DNA of 24,107 bases from a virus: the IMG/VR virus record IMGVR_UViG_3300043295_000234. One strand, 5' to 3'. This document shows positions 23,716-24,107 of the stretch, in pieces. A program made the translations under genes and the position numbers. Each line of letters starts with the position of its first letter. Positions within the stretch are counted from its first letter, which is position 1. The notes beneath the pieces are model-generated. The model had not been told where the DNA came from, ran no database searches, and saw only the letters and a program-made list of their open reading frames with translations.

Positions 23716-23871
23716 TTACGGCAGCGCCGGGACCGCGTGGCCCTTGACGAACGTCGGGAAGTACCCGGGCGCCGTCATGAAGGACTGGTCGCGGTTCGCC
23801 TCGGCGTGGATCGCGTAGCTCGCGGGCCAGCCGCACGTCGGGCAGATGGCGTCGATCGGGATGGCGGTCAT
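23716..23871 (-). CDS. Small protein with CPTC (51 aa)
   Basis: ATG 23871 overlaps the upstream TGA; TAA stop within a motif. Confidence 0.6.
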   Translation of the reverse strand: MTAIPIDAICPTCGWPASYAIHAEANRDQSFMTAPGYFPTFVKGHAVPALP

Positions 23872-24107
23872 GCGGGAGGCTCGGCCCGGACCTCCGAGAA
23901 CTCGTGGAGGTAGACGAGGTCGGTCAGGTTGGGGGGCCGGATCAGGCCGTAGTTCTCCGTCCACTCCTTGAGGAAGGCCTCCGGGCTCTCGGCACCCTCC
24001 AGCTGGTAGTAGAGCTCGGCGACGTGGCCGAGGCGCATCGGCCGGATCGCCGTGAAGATGAACCGCTGTTCGTCGATGAGGAAGTGGTCCCCGCGGAACC
24101 CGTGCGG
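23868..24107 (-). CDS. ASCH-domain-like protein, 3' part (5'-truncated)
   Basis: Manual translation ..GDHFLIDEQRFIFTAIRPMRLGHVAELYYQLEGAESPEAFLKEWTENY..VYLHEF; the EG..S...F..W..Y..V.LHEF pattern fits ASCH/PUA-like proteins. Confidence 0.65.
   Translation of the reverse strand, partial: PHGFRGDHFLIDEQRFIFTAIRPMRLGHVAELYYQLEGAESPEAFLKEWTENYGLIRPPNLTDLVYLHEFSEVRAEPPA

Larger units (their letters stand above)
16264..23721 (-). promoter_or_regulatory. Dispersed start-associated motif (C/G)CGTAAC, 15 copies
   Basis: T of TAA (minus strand) at 16269, 16651, 16893, 17398, 18458, 18974, 19728, 19999, 20102, 20476, 21089, 21521, 21717, 23227, 23718; 13 copies are followed by 18-20 nt then ATG/GTG. 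Confidence 0.85.
1..24107. mobile_element. Segment of a probable archaeal virus/provirus (tailless icosahedral type inferred)
   Basis: Dense, mostly single-strand, translationally coupled genes; cluster of beta-rich and membrane proteins; HNH genes, phage-type Dam methylase, Gp88-like, ParB, ASCH, many small Zn-finger ORFs; no housekeeping genes. Element ends are not visible. Confidence 0.8.

Noticed and set aside
16264-23721. GTTACGG/CCGTAAC as integron attC core sites
   Set aside because: It resembles RYYYAAC, but there is no matching GTTRRRY on the same strand, no attC-length hairpin and no integrase. Only a looser cassette idea is retained.
16264-23721. CGTAAC plus C-rich tract as a spliceosomal branch point/polypyrimidine tract
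   Set aside because: No AG acceptor or GT donors, continuous prokaryotic ORFs, and prokaryotic gene organisation.
1-24107. CRISPR array, tRNA, rRNA, IS element, integrase/att site
   Set aside because: No regularly spaced long repeats, cloverleaf, transposase or recombinase motifs were seen by eye.

Overview
This 24.1-kb, very GC-rich window is most consistent with part of an archaeal virus or provirus genome, probably a tailless, membrane-containing icosahedral type. No terminase, portal, tail, integrase or packaging ATPase gene is visible here. Archaeal origin is inferred from an RFC-like clamp-loader AAA+ domain, an XPB-like helicase, RHH regulators and TATA boxes about 25-29 nt ahead of leaderless starts. 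Nearly all real genes are on the minus strand and joined by TGATG/ATGA/GTGA overlaps; most long plus-strand ORFs in the track are antisense shadows. Layout: (i) 1-1.7 kb: HNH gene, membrane protein and GT2 glycosyltransferase; (ii) 1.65-7.3 kb: putative morphogenesis block with a 25-Cys protein, a retropepsin-like protease, beta-rich capsid-like proteins and membrane proteins; (iii) 7.4-9.1 kb: RHH, Zn-finger and a second HNH gene; (iv) 9-16 kb: RFC fusion, SF2 helicase and coiled-coil proteins; (v) 16.3-24.1 kb: accessory array with a Dam-like methylase, Gp88-like, ParB and ASCH proteins and many small ORFs. The strongest unexplained signal is a minus-strand motif, (C/G)CGTAAC, found 15 times in 16.2-23.7 kb. 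In 13 copies the TAA is followed by exactly 18-20 nt and then a start codon, whether the TAA is a stop, intergenic or inside the upstream ORF. No CRISPR, tRNA or rRNA was seen. All family assignments come from motif recognition by eye; no database searches were run.
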